Origin: Malacoraja senta | Taxonomy: Eukaryota | Length of the DNA: 64,000 nucleotides | Assembly (NCBI GenBank): GCA_038087875.1 | Contig: CM075990.1 | Coordinates: 7,566,001 to 7,630,000, forward strand | Direction: 5' to 3' | Shown here: piece after piece, positions 13,488-26,482 of the stretch | How positions within the stretch are numbered: the first letter of the stretch is position 1 | Layout of the letters: each line of letters starts with the position of its first letter | Notes under the pieces: model-generated | The model's input: only the letters and a program-made list of their open reading frames with translations | The model's database searches: none | Told to the model about the DNA's origin: nothing | Made by a program: the position numbers and the translations under genes

Positions 13488-13737
13488 TCCGGGGTTACGT
13501 CCGTGCCCGGGTGGTACTAGAGAGGGACCAATGCGCTGTCCACGGGCGCCCTGGGGGATTTCCGGGACCGCTGGGGGGGTGCAATGCATCCTTGACAAGG
13601 ATTGTAATATAGTTGTTTAATAGTATATTTGGTATTGATTAATATTTGTTTGACGTATTATGGTGGTGGGTTTTGCTTCAATTTATTTTGTACTGTACAT
13701 ATTGTAAATAATTGAATAAATGATTTTTGGTTAAAAA
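13488..13737 (+). mobile_element. Tx1-type LINE 3' fragment with 12-bp TSD
   Basis: AGGTGTGAATGG at 13476-13487 and 13738-13749. ORF2 tail RGYVRARVVLER; AATAAA and A-tail. Confidence 0.75.
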
Positions 13738-14930
13738 AGGTGTGAATGGAAGCACACGCGATTATGTTCCAATATGGCGTCCAACACAGGTGACTATTTG
13801 TAAGCTAGCCACAGAAGCAGATCCACAAACGCATATTACAATGGCTCCACATTCTTAAATCTGTATTCCCACAGCACCATTTCCTACTTTAACTATGATC
13901 CCTTATCATGTAAATGTACACTGCAAATTGATTGATTGCAATCATGTATTGTCTTTCTGCTGACGGGTTAGCACGCAACACACAGCTTTTCACTGTACCT
14001 CAGTGCACGTGACAATAAGCTGAACAGAACTGATCATTAAGTTGGCTGTTGTGGAGAGTGGGGTTGAAAGGTGAAGCGAGGAAGGTACTGAAGCAAAGCC
14101 AGAGCTGCGGAGTAGAGTCAGGGAATCACAGTGCGCAGGGTGTCAGGATAAGCTCAGTGCTGGCCATCTCTCATTACATATCGAGCCTCCTGTCTCCTTG
14201 CGTTCACAGCTACAGGGATAACTGATGACCGGCCACAACGTACCTGAAACAGGGACTCTTTCATGCTTCTGCGGCAGTGAAAGAGCTATTTATACCTGGT
14301 ATAAATGTCAAAACAGTTTGTTAATTAGTGGAGGATGCTACAACGATGAAGAAAATGGCTACTGACGGCAGCCACAATCTCCATTTCTCGCCGAGTCCCA
14401 ACGCCTACTCCCATGCAGTCCGACCCCACGTCTTCCTGTCAGGAATCGTTAAATCCAGGAGGCAATTCATGACTGCTGAGAGAGGTCTGAGATAATAATT
14501 TCATAGAGGTTTTACACAGAGTGGCATGGTACACCAGAACTCAGATCAACGCAATACGGACATGTTACATTCAAGTGTTTTGATAAATCTACAAGATAAA
14601 AACTTTGGTATCAGTAGTGGTGACTGTGAAGCCATCTGTTGGTTCTATAAAGCCACTTGGTGCTCCATTGAATCCCAGCTTTTACCAGCTCAGATCTTTA
14701 TGTAACTCCAGACCCTAACAATTGGCTCACATGTTTGCATGCTGGAAGGGACTGCTGAGTTGAAAGAAAATTGGGCAATTAGTTCGAACGTGGAGTCTCC
14801 CATTGTTTAGTTTAGTTTAGATGGGTAGATCCTGCTGCTAATATCACTGCTGACGTTGTTGCATTCTCTAACTTGTTGGCTCTGGAGTACGATAAACCAG
14901 TATTGCGGAGGACTGCAGTAATGGTTCAGC

Positions 14931-15252
14931 GTTTAGTTTAGTTTTGAGATACAGCACGGAACCATGCGCTTTGGCCCATTGAGTCTGCACCGACCAGCGA
15001 TCCCCGAACATTAGCACCATCCTACACACAATAGTGAGTCGTTTACACTTATACACCAAGCCAATCAACCTCCAGACCCGTATGTCTTTGGAGTGTGGGA
15101 GGAAACCGAAGATCTCGGAGAAAACCCACGCAGGTCAAGGCAAGAACGTACAAACTCCCGAAAGACAGCACCCGTAGTCAGGATCGAACCCGGGTCTCCG
15201 GCGCTACAAGCGCTGTAAGGCAGCAACTCTACCGCTGCACCACCGTGCCGCC
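14931..15252 (-). mobile_element. HE1-type SINE, full length
   Basis: A/B boxes, V domain, tail. Confidence 0.9.
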
Positions 15253-15479
15253 ATGAATGCCATTGAATGAATGAATTTACCACAGACGGCTGTGGAGGCC
15301 ACGACAATGGATATTTTAAAGTCGGAGCTCTACCTTGTCTAATTGTTCAGCACCAGTTTTGTAGCCCTGCAGGTGACAGATCCTCAAGTGCACCGTCTAG
15401 TGTTGTTCAGGTGCGATGAAAGTTTCTGCCTCGACCACCCCTTCAGGCAATGAGTCACAGACACTCACCACCCAGGTGT

Positions 15480-15930
15480 TTGTGTTCTACAGAAACAAAG
15501 AACATGTCTTATAGAGGTGTATATCTTTGATCCAACACACTAACACCCCCCCTCCCCACCCGCCACCCCGTTCCCTGTTTTCCCTCTGTCTCTTTCCTGT
15601 TTCTCCCACACTCATTTTGCCTACTATCCCATCCACTTATTTTTCTCCGTTGACCCAACCCCCCTCATCCCCTTTCACCATCATTCCTCCATCTGCCTCC
15701 ACATTTCACTCCTCCTCTCTCCTTATCTCACATCCTTGCGGATCTTTTTCATCTCTAGCCTTTGTCCACCCACCTGCCAATCAAAACCCGCTTCAGCTGT
15801 ATCCACCCATCACTCGCCCACCCCACCTCCTTTCCAGCTTTTTCACCCCTACAATAATCAGCCGGAAGAAGGGTCCCAACCCAAAACATCTATCTATGAT
15901 CCCCACCAGACAGGCTGTCTGACGTGCTGA
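15480..15930 (+). mobile_element. Degenerate Penelope 3' region
   Basis: Pyrimidine-rich tract ending in the decayed core ccggaagaagggtcccaacccaaaacatc. Confidence 0.55.
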
Positions 15931-16247
15931 GTTTAGTTTAGTTGAGAGATACAGCGCGGAAACAGACCCTTTGGCCCAACGAGTCCGTACAAACCAGCCA
16001 TCCCCGCACGTCAACACAATCCTACACACACTAGGGACAATTTACATTCATACCAAGCCAAAGAACCTACAAACCCCTACGTCTTTGGAGTGCGGGACGA
16101 AACCGAAGATCTCGGAAAAAATCTTGTGGTCACGCAGGTCAAGGCAAGAATGTACAAACTCCGTACAGACAGCATCGTAGTCGGGATCGAACCCAGGTTT
16201 CCAGCGCTGTACGGCAGCAAATCCAGCGCTGCACCACCGTGCCACCC
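15930..16247 (-). mobile_element. HE1-type SINE, full length
   Basis: A/B boxes, V domain, tail. Confidence 0.9.
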
Positions 16248-17644
16248 TAGTTGCTCCAGCACTTTGTGTTTTACTTAAGATTCCAGCATCTGCAGTTCCA
16301 TGTGTCCGCCATTAATACCCTCCCACATTTTGTGATTTTCTGTGCCTTATTCGACCAAATGCACACTGCAGGTTTCTTGGAAGTGAATTCCATTTGTCAA
16401 ATCTCTACGTTATTGATCAGCTATCTCCATCCTCCTGCAGGTTACAGCCTTCCACTCACTACCTCGTGGCCAATTTCTGTATTATCTGCAAGCTCCATTA
16501 TTGTGGTACAGATGGCAAGAGGCCAACTAGCCTTGTGGAATCCCTCTTTATCCTAACACTCACAAAAACAGCTATTAACTTTGATCCTTTCCGTTTTGCC
16601 ACTGAGTTAATAATGAATCCATTTGGCATTTTGGTTTTGGGCTTAATGGGTTTGAATTATTTTGTGTAGCCTGATCTGTGTGACAAATGGTCCAGGTGGA
16701 CTACATCAAACAATCACCATAAAATTCATTTGTTAGTCTCTCGGATAAATATAATGGTGAACATAAGGACAAAGGAACCAAAGAGTTTCTAAAATCCATC
16801 CAGGATAATTTTTTAGGACAGTACGTTTCTGGATCACCACGGCAGGAGGTATTGTTGGGAACATAAGGGACTCCAGATGTTGGATTCTGGCGCAACGAAA
16901 CAAACCACTGGAGGAACTCAGTAGTCAAGCAACATCTGTAGAGGCAAAGGGATAGTCAATGTTTTGGGTCGAGACCCTGCATCAGGCATTGCTGGATCTT
17001 GTTCCGAGGAATGAGGGGAGGTGGGTCCACCAAGGATCAGTGGGAGAATATTTGGGATATGATGATCATAGCATCATAGCTATCGGGAAATGGGAGAGTC
17101 TAGGACCAGAGGCCACTGCCTCAGGATAAAAAGGACATACCTTTAGAAAGGAGATAAGAAGGAATTTCTTCAGTCTGGGGGTGAAGAATCTGTGGAATTC
17201 ATTGCTACAGATGGCTGTGGAGGCCAACTCAATAGATATTTATAAGGCGGAGTTTGACAGATTCTCGATTAGTAAGGGTTATGGGGCAAAGGCAAGAGAA
17301 TGGGGTTCAGAGGAAATGATAGATCGGCCATGATTGAATGGCAGAGTAGACTTGATGGGCCGAATGGCCTAATTTTGCTCCTAGAACTTATGAACATGAA
17401 GAAATGAGCCAATTCTTGGCAAAAAGTAATTAATTGGAGGAAAGCCAACTTCAATGAGTTGAGAGTGGATCTGGTCCATGTGAAATTAGAATCGAAAGTG
17501 TAACAGAACAAAGGGCTACCTTTATTGTTCAGGGACAGTTGAGGCACATTCTTATTATGGCCAAAGAAAGAACAAACACTGGAAGGTAAAAGAGATAGAG
17601 AGAAAAATAAAGCCATTCTAGGCCACACACAACAATTGAGATAT

Positions 17645-17855
17645 AGGGAACTGCATATAATGGATTCGAGCAAAACACAAAATGCTTGAGGAACTCAGCA
17701 GGTCAGGCAGCGTCTATGGAGGGAAAAGAGATGACAATTCAGGTCAGGACCCTTCTTCAGACTGACAAAAGGTCCCAACCCGAAACATCGCCTGTCAATT
17801 ATGTCCACAGATGTTGCCTGACCCGTGGAATTTCTTCAGCACTTTAGATTTTGCC
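17645..17855. mobile_element. Back-to-back degenerate Penelope-derived units
   Basis: ggacccttcttcag-a-ctgacaaaaggtcccaacccgaaacatc. Confidence 0.7.
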
Positions 17856-17924
17856 ATTCATGACAATGTCCTGTTGTAAATGGCAGCAAGAACCATGGTG
17901 ATTACATAAGTGTGAAAATTAGAG

Positions 17925-18212
17925 ATGCTGCCTTATAGCACCAGAGACCCAGGTTCAATCCTGACTACTGGTGCTGTCTGTACGGAGTTTGTACATTCTC
18001 CCTGTGACCTGCATGGGTCATCTTTGGGAGCTCCGGCTTCCTCCCACACTCCAAAGATGTACAGGTTTGTAGGTTAATTATCTTGGTAAGAATAGTAAAT
18101 TGTCCCTGGTGTGTGTAGGATTGTGGTAGTGGGGGGGATCGCTGGTCGGTGTGGACTCGGTGGGCCAAAGGGCCAGTTTCCTCGTTGTATCTCTAAACTA
18201 AGCTAAACTAAA
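17925..18212 (+). mobile_element. HE1-type SINE
   Basis: B box, V domain, tail. Confidence 0.9.
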
Positions 18213-19524
18213 GAGAATACATGAGAAAAGTTTAGCCAGCTACATATATATGGGAGTCCACAACCATTTGATAGGCATTTGAATAATAAAAGGTATTGGA
18301 CCGGGAGTGGGGACCAGAGGGGGGGGAAGTGGGAGCTTACACATGGATGCTGTTACTGTAAAGTGTAAATTGAGTTATCAGGGACGTGAGTGCTTCTAGA
18401 GTCAGTGAAGATGGAGATGAATAAGATACCAGATGCATTAAAAACGGACATAATTAGAAGGCTACAAGGCAGTCTGTTTAATGAGTGTTGTGGAACCTTT
18501 TACAGACATTGATCTGTGACAGAATTAATAGTCATCTGGAAACGGACAGCTTAATGAAAGCAAGCCAGCACGGATTTGTCAAGGGGAACTCATGTTTAAT
18601 CAATTGGGTGGAATCTTTTGATGATGTTGCCGATAGAGTTGATGTGGTGTACATGAACTATCAGAAGGTGTTTGATAAGCCAAGGTGCCTTGTTATTCTT
18701 ATCAGTAAAGTTGAAGCTTGTGGCACAAAATGGACATTGACAGCGTGCGGATGGAGTTGGTGAATAGTTGCTCTTTGATGTGAGGACGATATGCAATCTT
18801 TCTCAGGGGTTGTTTTTAAGGACATTGTATTTTTTAATCTATGTTACTGACCTGGACTTGTGAGTGCAACCCACGATTTCTAAATTACCCTGATGGTACA
18901 AACATTTTCAGTTTCAGTTTAGTTTATTGTCACGTGTACTGAGGTACAGTGAAAAGCTTTTGTTGCGTGCTATCCAGTCAGCGGAAAGACAATACATGAT
19001 CACAGTCGAGCCATTTACAGTGTCCGGTTACATGATGAGGGAATAACGTTCAGTGCAAGGCAAAGTCCAATCAAGGATAGTCCGAGGGTCACCAGTGAGG
19101 TAGACAGAAGTTCAAACTTGGCAGTATTGCAACTGTGAAGAGGATTGAGGCTGGTGGAATGGGCAGTGACAAGGCAAGTGAAGTCTAATGCAGAGAAAGG
19201 TGAACCAATGCATTTGGTTTGAAGGATGAGGAGAGGCGATGTGGATAGAGATTAGGCTCTAGAAGAGGTGCAATATCAAAGAGACCTGGGTGTGTGTGTA
19301 GACAACAATGAATGTTGCAGGGCAGGCAGGGAAAGAGGGTGATAAGCTATACCTCATACCAGGCTTTATCAAAGGAGGTGCAGTGCATAAAAGCGGGAAG
19401 ATCATGCTGAAGCTTCATAAAATATGGCCTAGTCTCAATTGATGGTGTTCAATTTTGGTTGCCACTTTGTAGGGAGGATGCGATGGCAACAAGGACGAGC
19501 CAGAAAAGATCTACAAGAGTTATT

Positions 19525-19711
19525 GTTTAAGAAGGAACTGCAGATGCTGGAAAATCGAAGGTAGACAAAAATGCTGGAGAAACTCCGCGGGTGAGGCAGC
19601 ATCTATGGAGCGAAGGATCTAGGCGACGTTTCTGGTCGAGACCCTTCTTCAGACTCCAGTCTTCACTCCATAGATGCTGCCTCACCTGCTGAGTTTCTCC
19701 AGCATTTTTGG
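19525..19711. mobile_element. Palindromic Penelope-derived mini-element (minus-strand hammerhead core at 19625-19652)
   Basis: Inverted arms; imperfect duplication ctacaagag/atatt on both sides. Confidence 0.75.
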
Positions 19712-20061
19712 CTACAAGAATATTTGCTCAGATAAGGACTACATCTGTATCCGCAAGGATAGACTGGAGAGGCTGGGGCCGAATTCTTTCAAGGAAAAGG
19801 CTGAGAGGAGATTTAATGGAAGAATCCAAAACATTGAAGGATGTGGAAAGAATGAATAGTAAAGGGCCATTCCCTGGAGAGAGGTAAAGACCGGAGGTCA
19901 CAGGAATAAAAGAAAGATGTATTAGGATTGACATGAAGAAAAATGTTTTGGCAAAGCAGGTCAGATGTGTGCGGCAGGTTCCATTTTAGCTTTCAAGAGG
20001 GACTTGGATCAATATATGGTGAGCAAGGCCATAAGGAACAGGAGGGTAGCAGAGGTCGTTG

Positions 20062-20370
20062 TTTTGGTTTTAGAGATACAGCATGAAAACAGGCCCTTCG
20101 GCTCACCCAGTCCGCACCGATCGGCGATCCCCGCACATTACCACAACCCCACACATACTAGGGACAGTATTATATCTATACCAAGCTAATTAACCTATAG
20201 CTTGTACGTCTTTGGAGTGTGGGAGGAAACTGAAGATCTCAGAGAAAACCCACGCAGGTCACGGGGGGGATGTACAAACTCCGTACAGACAAGCACCTGT
20301 AGTCGGGATCGAACCCGGGTCTCTGACACTGTGAGGCAGCAGTTCCACTACTGCACCACTGTGCCGCCCA
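20062..20370 (-). mobile_element. HE1-type SINE
   Basis: A/B boxes, V domain, tail. Confidence 0.9.
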
Positions 20371-21387
20371 TGTTGTGATTAGAGAATTGCTCCAGTAGAG
20401 ACTTAATGAAGGCACAATGGGCTAAATCGCCTCTTCTAAGCTGCATCTATCATTCTACCTCAGCCAGCCAGCCCCTTCTGTTAACAGATCCATGTTGGCT
20501 GCACTGCTTAACCTGTACCGATCTAAATACACGTTTACACGATCTCTCAGAGTTGATTCTAATAATGTGCCACACTGAAATTAACCTCACTGGCTTGGAA
20601 GTAAAAATTAAGAAAGATAAACGAAGCAGAAAATCAGATATGAAAACAAAAAATGTTGGCAACACTTAGCAGGTCAGGCAACTTCTGCAGAACAAGAAAC
20701 AATTAATATTTCAGGTGGAAGACTCTTCGTTCGAAGCAGATTGGAAACATTGTTTGATCATTCATCTCTCAACAGATGCTGCCGACCCGGTTGCATATTT
20801 CCAACACTGTCTGTTTTTATTTCTGGTTTGTATTTGTTGGGATTATTTCTTCTTCCTCTTTAAATAGCAGAATGTGAGCAGTCATAAGGTCATAAGTCAG
20901 AGGAGCACAAGTAGGCCATTCGGCCCATCGAGTCTACTCCACGGATTTACTGGCACCAATGAAAACAAACGGCCTCCATAATTTCCGTCCTTGTGTCTTT
21001 TAAGTCAGGGATATGTTTTCAAACATTCTCAACTCTTGAACAGTTCTTCTTCTACTGTTTACCCCATCCTATATCTCACCTGTGAGCCTAACCACATCAT
21101 TGGTATCACTCCCCTTCATTGTTGACGGCCACATATATTCATTCCCACAGCTTCCATCTCCTCATTAAGACAACGTTTTGGTCATTAAAAGGCCACAACC
21201 AATTAGTTAATCTCTTGTCCATGATTTTTATGAAACATTTGTTTTTTAATTTTACGTTGATTATTTTTTTGATTATACTGTTTGATGTCCTTTCTGTACT
21301 TTTCCAGTTGTCCTTCAACTTCATCCCTCCACCTCTGTACTTTCCTAAACTTTCTGTTGTATTAACTTTCTGTTTTGGTGCTTTTAT

Positions 21388-21707
21388 CTTAGTTTAGTTT
21401 AGTTAAGTTTAGAGATACAGCGCGGAAACAGGCCCTTCGGCCCACCGACTACGCACCGACCAGCGATCTCTGTGCACTAACACTATCTTATGGACACGAG
21501 GGACAATTTACAATTACACCAAGACAATTAACCTACGAACACACACGCCTTTGGAGTGTGGGAGGAAACCGAAAATCTCAGAGAAAACCCGCGCAGGTTA
21601 TGGGAAGAACGTACACACTCTGTACAGACAGCACCCGTGGTTGGGATCGAACCTGGTTCTCTGGCGCTGTTAGGCAGTAGCTCTACTGCTGCGCCACCAT
21701 GCCACCC
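21388..21707 (-). mobile_element. HE1-type SINE
   Basis: A/B boxes, V domain, tail. Confidence 0.9.
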
Positions 21708-22097
21708 ACGCACTCTATGCAACTTGACACCCGGGGGGCTATCAATTTGGCAATCCCAAATGTTGATTTTGTAGGAACATGTTTATACTGAACCCCTCGA
21801 TTCTCATTCTGAAAAGCCTCCCATCGGTCTGAGACTGATGTATTTTCATTTAGCTAATTCAACTCACTTTTGTTAAATCTCACCCCAGTCTAGTAAAATT
21901 GGCCTGACCCCAAGACTATTCAATCTTCATCTTCTAACATAACTATGTAAAATCTAATTAAGTTATCATCAGGCTCATAATGCACTTCCATCTGCCTAGC
22001 TTCAGTCCATAAAACCAAATCGAAAATGTCACCTCCACTTCCCACCCCCCTCCCCCCTCCCTGCTGACTTTTGTTGGGCTTGCTATAAACTGGCTAA

Positions 22098-22632
22098 ACA
22101 TTGGGGGAGTCCAGAACTAGTGGTCACAGTTTAAGAATAAGGGATAGGCTATTTAAGACTGAGGAAAAACATTTTCACCCAGAGAGTTGTGAATCTGCCA
22201 CAGAGGGCAGTGGAGGCCGATTCACTGAATGCTTTCAAGAGAGAGTTATATTTTAACTCTTAGGGCCTAAGGAATCAAGGGATATGGGGAGAAAGCATGA
22301 ACGGGGTACTGATTTTAGATGTTAAAGAAGGAACTGCAGATGCTGGAAAATCGAAGGTACACAAAAATGCTGGAGAAACTCAGCGGGTGCAGCAGCATCT
22401 ATGGAGCGAAGGAAATAGGCAATGTTTCGGATCTGAAGAAGGGATTTCGGCTCGAAACATTGCCTATTTTCTTCGTTCCATAGATGCTGCTGCACCCGCT
22501 GAGTTTCTCCAGCATTTTTGTGTACCTACTGATTTTAGATGATCAGCCATGATCATATTGAATGGCAGTGCTGGCTTGAAGGGCTGAATGGCCTACTCCT
22601 GCACCTATTTTTCCATGTTTCTATGTTTCTAA
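22098..22632 (+). mobile_element. CR1-type 3' end interrupted by a Penelope mini-element
   Basis: Same family as 6455-7235. Confidence 0.85.
22322..22526. mobile_element. Palindromic Penelope-derived mini-element with 15-bp TSD, inside a CR1 tail
   Basis: TACTGATTTTAGATG at 22307-22321 and 22527-22541; about 80-bp inverted arms around a hammerhead core. Confidence 0.85.
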
Positions 22633-22960
22633 AAGAGTTCTCCATGAGGCAAGTTAGGAATTCTACACGCTGTATAAGTAACTCTGACTATATCTGACTA
22701 TATCTCAGTCCATGCTAAGGTAACTGAAATTCTCCTCTATTCCTTACTCATTGACTCAACAACAGACCGACAACTTTGCTCTCCCATCTCCTTCAGAGTG
22801 TTTGGTGATCCACTACAGACTCCCTACTATTGCTTTCCATTTATTCATTCATTAGACTAACATATAGCATTATTCGATGATTCTTCTGATGCATCACCCT
22901 TCTCCTGGTGCGATTGCTTCTTTAACCATCTTTGACTCTAACTTGGTGAGGCACACACTG

Positions 22961-23297
22961 AGGCTGCCTCACAGCACCAGAGACCCGGGTTGGATCCTGA
23001 CTACGGGCATTGTCTGTACGGTGTTTGTACCTTCTCCCCGTGACCACGTGGGTTTTCCCCGGGAGCTCTGGTTTCCTCCCACACTCCAAAGACGCGCAAG
23101 CTTGTCGGTTAATCGGCTTCCGTAAAATTGTACAATTCTCCCTAATGTGTAGGCTAGTACCAGTGTGATCGCTGGTCAGTGTGGACTCGGTGGGTCAAAG
23201 GGCCTGTTGCCATAGATGCTGCTGCACCCGCTGAGTTTCTCCAGCATTTTTGGGCCAAAGGGCCTGTTTCCGCGCTGTATGTCTAACGTCTAAAGTC
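22961..23297 (+). mobile_element. HE1-type SINE with an embedded Penelope fragment (about 23211-23250)
   Basis: gggYcaaagggcctgtt is duplicated around catagatgctgctgcacccgctgagtttctccagcattttt. Confidence 0.8.
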
Positions 23298-23719
23298 CTA
23301 CCATCCTTTTTGAATCACCCGCTTTATCTCATCTGAAAACCCTGCAAACAGGAGCAATGCCCACAGCCCATCCTTGTTTAAATATGAGCTACAATAAATG
23401 TCCATGTACCTATCAGTGCCCGGAACTCATCTGCCCTACTTACAAACTCTGTGCATTTTAATTTATACCATTAAGCAAGTCCAGGTTACATTCTGTCTCT
23501 GTTCCTTCCTCTGTTTGATCTATCTTTATAAATTCCCTCATTTATTTTCTGCCTTCCATTTTCCGTTCTGCTTTTCTCCATTTTGAATCTCAGCTTCCCT
23601 TCCCCCTGCCAATATAATTGAAACTGTGCGCAGCATCGGCAGAAATCTGCCCACAAAGACGTTCAGGTGCAGCCCATCTGGTCATGACAGGCAAACCTTA
23701 TCCACCTAGAGTCTAGGCG

Positions 23720-24425
23720 TGGAGGGACATGGGAGTGCTGGTGCAGGATTCCCAAAAGATTAATTTGCAGATTGGCAGTAGAGGTACATGCAATGTTAGC
23801 GTTCATTTCGACAGGACCAGAATATTAAAGCAAGGATGTAATGCTGAGGCTTTATAAGGCACTGGCCAGGCCGCATTTGGAATATTGTGGGCAGTTTTGG
23901 GCCCCATATCTGAGGAAGGATGTGCTGATGTTGGAAAAGATTCAGAGGAGGTTCGCGAGGAAGGTCCTGGAGATGATTGGGTAACCGTAGGAGGAGCGTT
24001 TGAAGGCTCTGGGCCTTTACTCGATGGAGTTTAGAAAGATGGGGAGGATCTCATTGAAACCTGCCAAATATCGAAGGGCCTAGATAGAGTGGATGAGGAG
24101 AAGGTATATCCAGTAGTGGAGGAGTCTAGGATGAGAGGGCTCAGTCTCAGAATCAAAGGACATACAGTAGCTTTGGAATGGAGATGAGAAGGAATTTCTT
24201 TAATCAGAGGGTGGTGATTCTGTGGAATTCATTGCCACAGACAGGCAGGGAATCCAAGTCAATGGGTAATTTTAAAACGGGGTTTGTCAGGTTCTTGATT
24301 AGTAAGGGCATCAAAGTTTATGGGGAGAAGGCAGGAAAATGGGGTTTAAGAGGGAAAAATAGATCAGATAAGATTGACTGGCAGAACAGACTTAATGGGC
24401 CGAATGGCCTAATTTTGCTGTCATG
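23720..24425 (+). mobile_element. CR1-type LINE 3' fragment
   Basis: RPHLEYCGQFWAP; MRRNFFNQRVVILWNSLP. Confidence 0.85.
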
Positions 24426-24508
24426 GTCCAATCGGGCCCGATAACTCAGCAACTTAAACCCTTCCTCCTGCCTTGTTTCTCTAGCCATGCACCCATCTGC
24501 TCTAAGCT

Positions 24509-24536
24509 CTGAAGAAGGGTCTCGACCCGAAACGTC
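24509..24536 (+). ncRNA. Minimal type I hammerhead ribozyme core (Penelope-associated)
   Basis: CTGAAGA-A-GGGT(CTCG)ACCC-GAAA-CGTC. Stem I is not convincing. Confidence 0.7.
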
Positions 24537-25471
24537 ACCCATTCCTTCTCTCCAGAGATGCTGCCTGTCCCGCTGAGTTACTCCAGCATTTTGTGTCTAC
24601 CTTCGATTTAAACCAGCATCTGCAGTTCCTTCCTACACGTTTTGTCTGCTCAACGCTCCTATTTCTGTGCTCAGTGGTGCGTGCCCACCAAGATTAATTC
24701 CTGGATGACTATCTGGAGATTACTACCTTTGGGCTTCTGCTTCATATTCTCCGCGCAAAATCCTTAACATCTGCCTTCAGCGGCTCATCCCGTTATCCAC
24801 TGATGTCACTGGTAACAACAGCTTTCTGCCATTCTCCTTCCACCTTCAAAATGTGCTGCAGCTTCTCAGTTATGTCCATGACTCTGGCACCAAGGAGGTA
24901 ACACACTATCCTTGAATCACTGCTGTGACCACAGAAGCATCTGTCTTCTCTCCCACCCATTGAACTGTCATAATATCGCTGTCCACACCTTTCTCCTCCC
25001 TCCCACACAGCAGTAACTGGCAGGAAGACGCAGAGTGCTGGAGTAACTCAGCGAGCCAGGCAGCATCTCTGGAGGACATGTGTAGATACTGTTTCAGATC
25101 GAAACGCTTCTTCAGACCGAACGTCGTCTATCCACTTCTATGGTTATCCATGCCCATCAGATTAAAGAATGGTCTTGACCCAAACCATCGACCATCCATG
25201 TCCTCCAGAGATGCTGCCTGACCCGTGGAGTTAACCCAGAACTTAGTGCTTCACTCAAGATTCCACCTAGAACCTTCTCCCACTGGAATTCTGAAATGAA
25301 AACAGAAAATGCTGGGAACACTCAACATGTCAGGCAGCATCTGTGGAGAGAGAAACAACATTTTCTCTCCCCTTTTACATATTGATGAGGAGGCAAGATT
25401 CTCTCAGGCGGGCTCCACTTTCTTTGCCCAGTCGCTCGCGCCCGCACTTTCTTGAGCCAGAAGTGACCACC

Positions 25472-26432
25472 TTTAGACTTTAGAGATACAGCACGGAAAC
25501 AGGCCACTTCGGCCCGCCGTGTCCGCGCCAACCAGCAATCATCCCTCCCGTACACTAACACTATTGGGATGGCACGGTGGCACATCGGTAGAGTTGCTGC
25601 CTTACAGTGCCAGGTTGAATCCTGACCATGGGTGCTGCCTGTATGCACTTTGTGCGTTCTCCTTGTGACCGCGTGGGTTTTCTCCAGGTGCTCTGGTTTC
25701 CTCCCACACTCCAAAGACATACAGGATTGTAGGTTAATTGGCTTTGGTGAAATTGTCCTTACGGGGTAGCATAATGTTAGTGTATGGTGTGATCACCGGT
25801 CGGCGCAGATTCGGTGGGCCGAAGGGCCTGTTTCCGTGCTGTATCTCTAAAGTCTAAAGGCTTTCCTACACACTAGGGACAATTTTACAATTTTACCAAT
25901 GCCAATTAAGCTACAAGTGTGGGAGTGTGGGAAGAAACCAGAGCACCTGGAGAAAACCCACACAGTCACAGGCAGAACGTTCAAACTCCGTACAAATAAC
26001 ACCCGCAGTCAGGATCGAACCTGGGTCTCTGTCACACTGTACCGCCTGAAACATCCCACCCATGGAGATCTCAGCCGGATAGGGAGGACTACAATGACAG
26101 CAACAGCTCCTCACATTTGGCCATCGTGATTTAGTTTTAGTTTTAGAGATACAGCGTGGAAACATGGCCCTTCGGCCCACCGAGTCCGCACCGACCAGCG
26201 ATCCCCGTACACCAACACTCTCTTACACGCACTAGGGACAATTTACATTTATACCAAGCTAATTATCCTACAAACCTGCACGTCTTTGGAGTGTGGGAGG
26301 AAACCGGAGATCTCTGCGAAAACCCACGCAGGTCATGGGGAGAACGTACAAACTCCGCATAGCACCCGTAGTCAGGATTGAACCCAGGTCTCTGGCGCTG
26401 TAAGGCAGCAATTCTACCGCTGGACCACTGTA
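25472..26432. mobile_element. Cluster of HE1-type SINEs (minus 25472-25563 and 25864-26046, plus 25566-25858, minus 26130-26432)
   Basis: A plus copy is nested inside a minus copy, followed by another minus copy. Confidence 0.85.
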
Positions 26433-26434
26433 CT

Positions 26435-26482
26435 GCTGACGAAACCTCTTGCTGACGAAACCTCTTGCTGACGAAACCTCTT
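26435..26482. repeat. 16-bp perfect tandem repeat x3 (GCTGACGAAACCTCTT)
   Basis: Direct inspection. Confidence 0.95.

Larger units (their letters stand above)
16740..20460 (+). mobile_element. Ancient, heavily nested CR1 ORF2 (APE C-terminus through RT to tail)
   Basis: EFLKSIQDNFLGQYV at about 16785; SQHGFVKGNSCLIN...VDVVYMNYQKVFDK at 18560-18680; 3' motifs at 19300-20045. Confidence 0.7.
20950..25010 (-). mobile_element. Ancient nested CR1 with ORF1 esterase and APE N-terminal remnants
   Basis: DRCFCGHSSDSRIVCYLLGARVMDITEKLQHILK at 24800-24950; NAQSL..RADEFRALIGTW-like segment at about 23400-23465. Confidence 0.6.
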
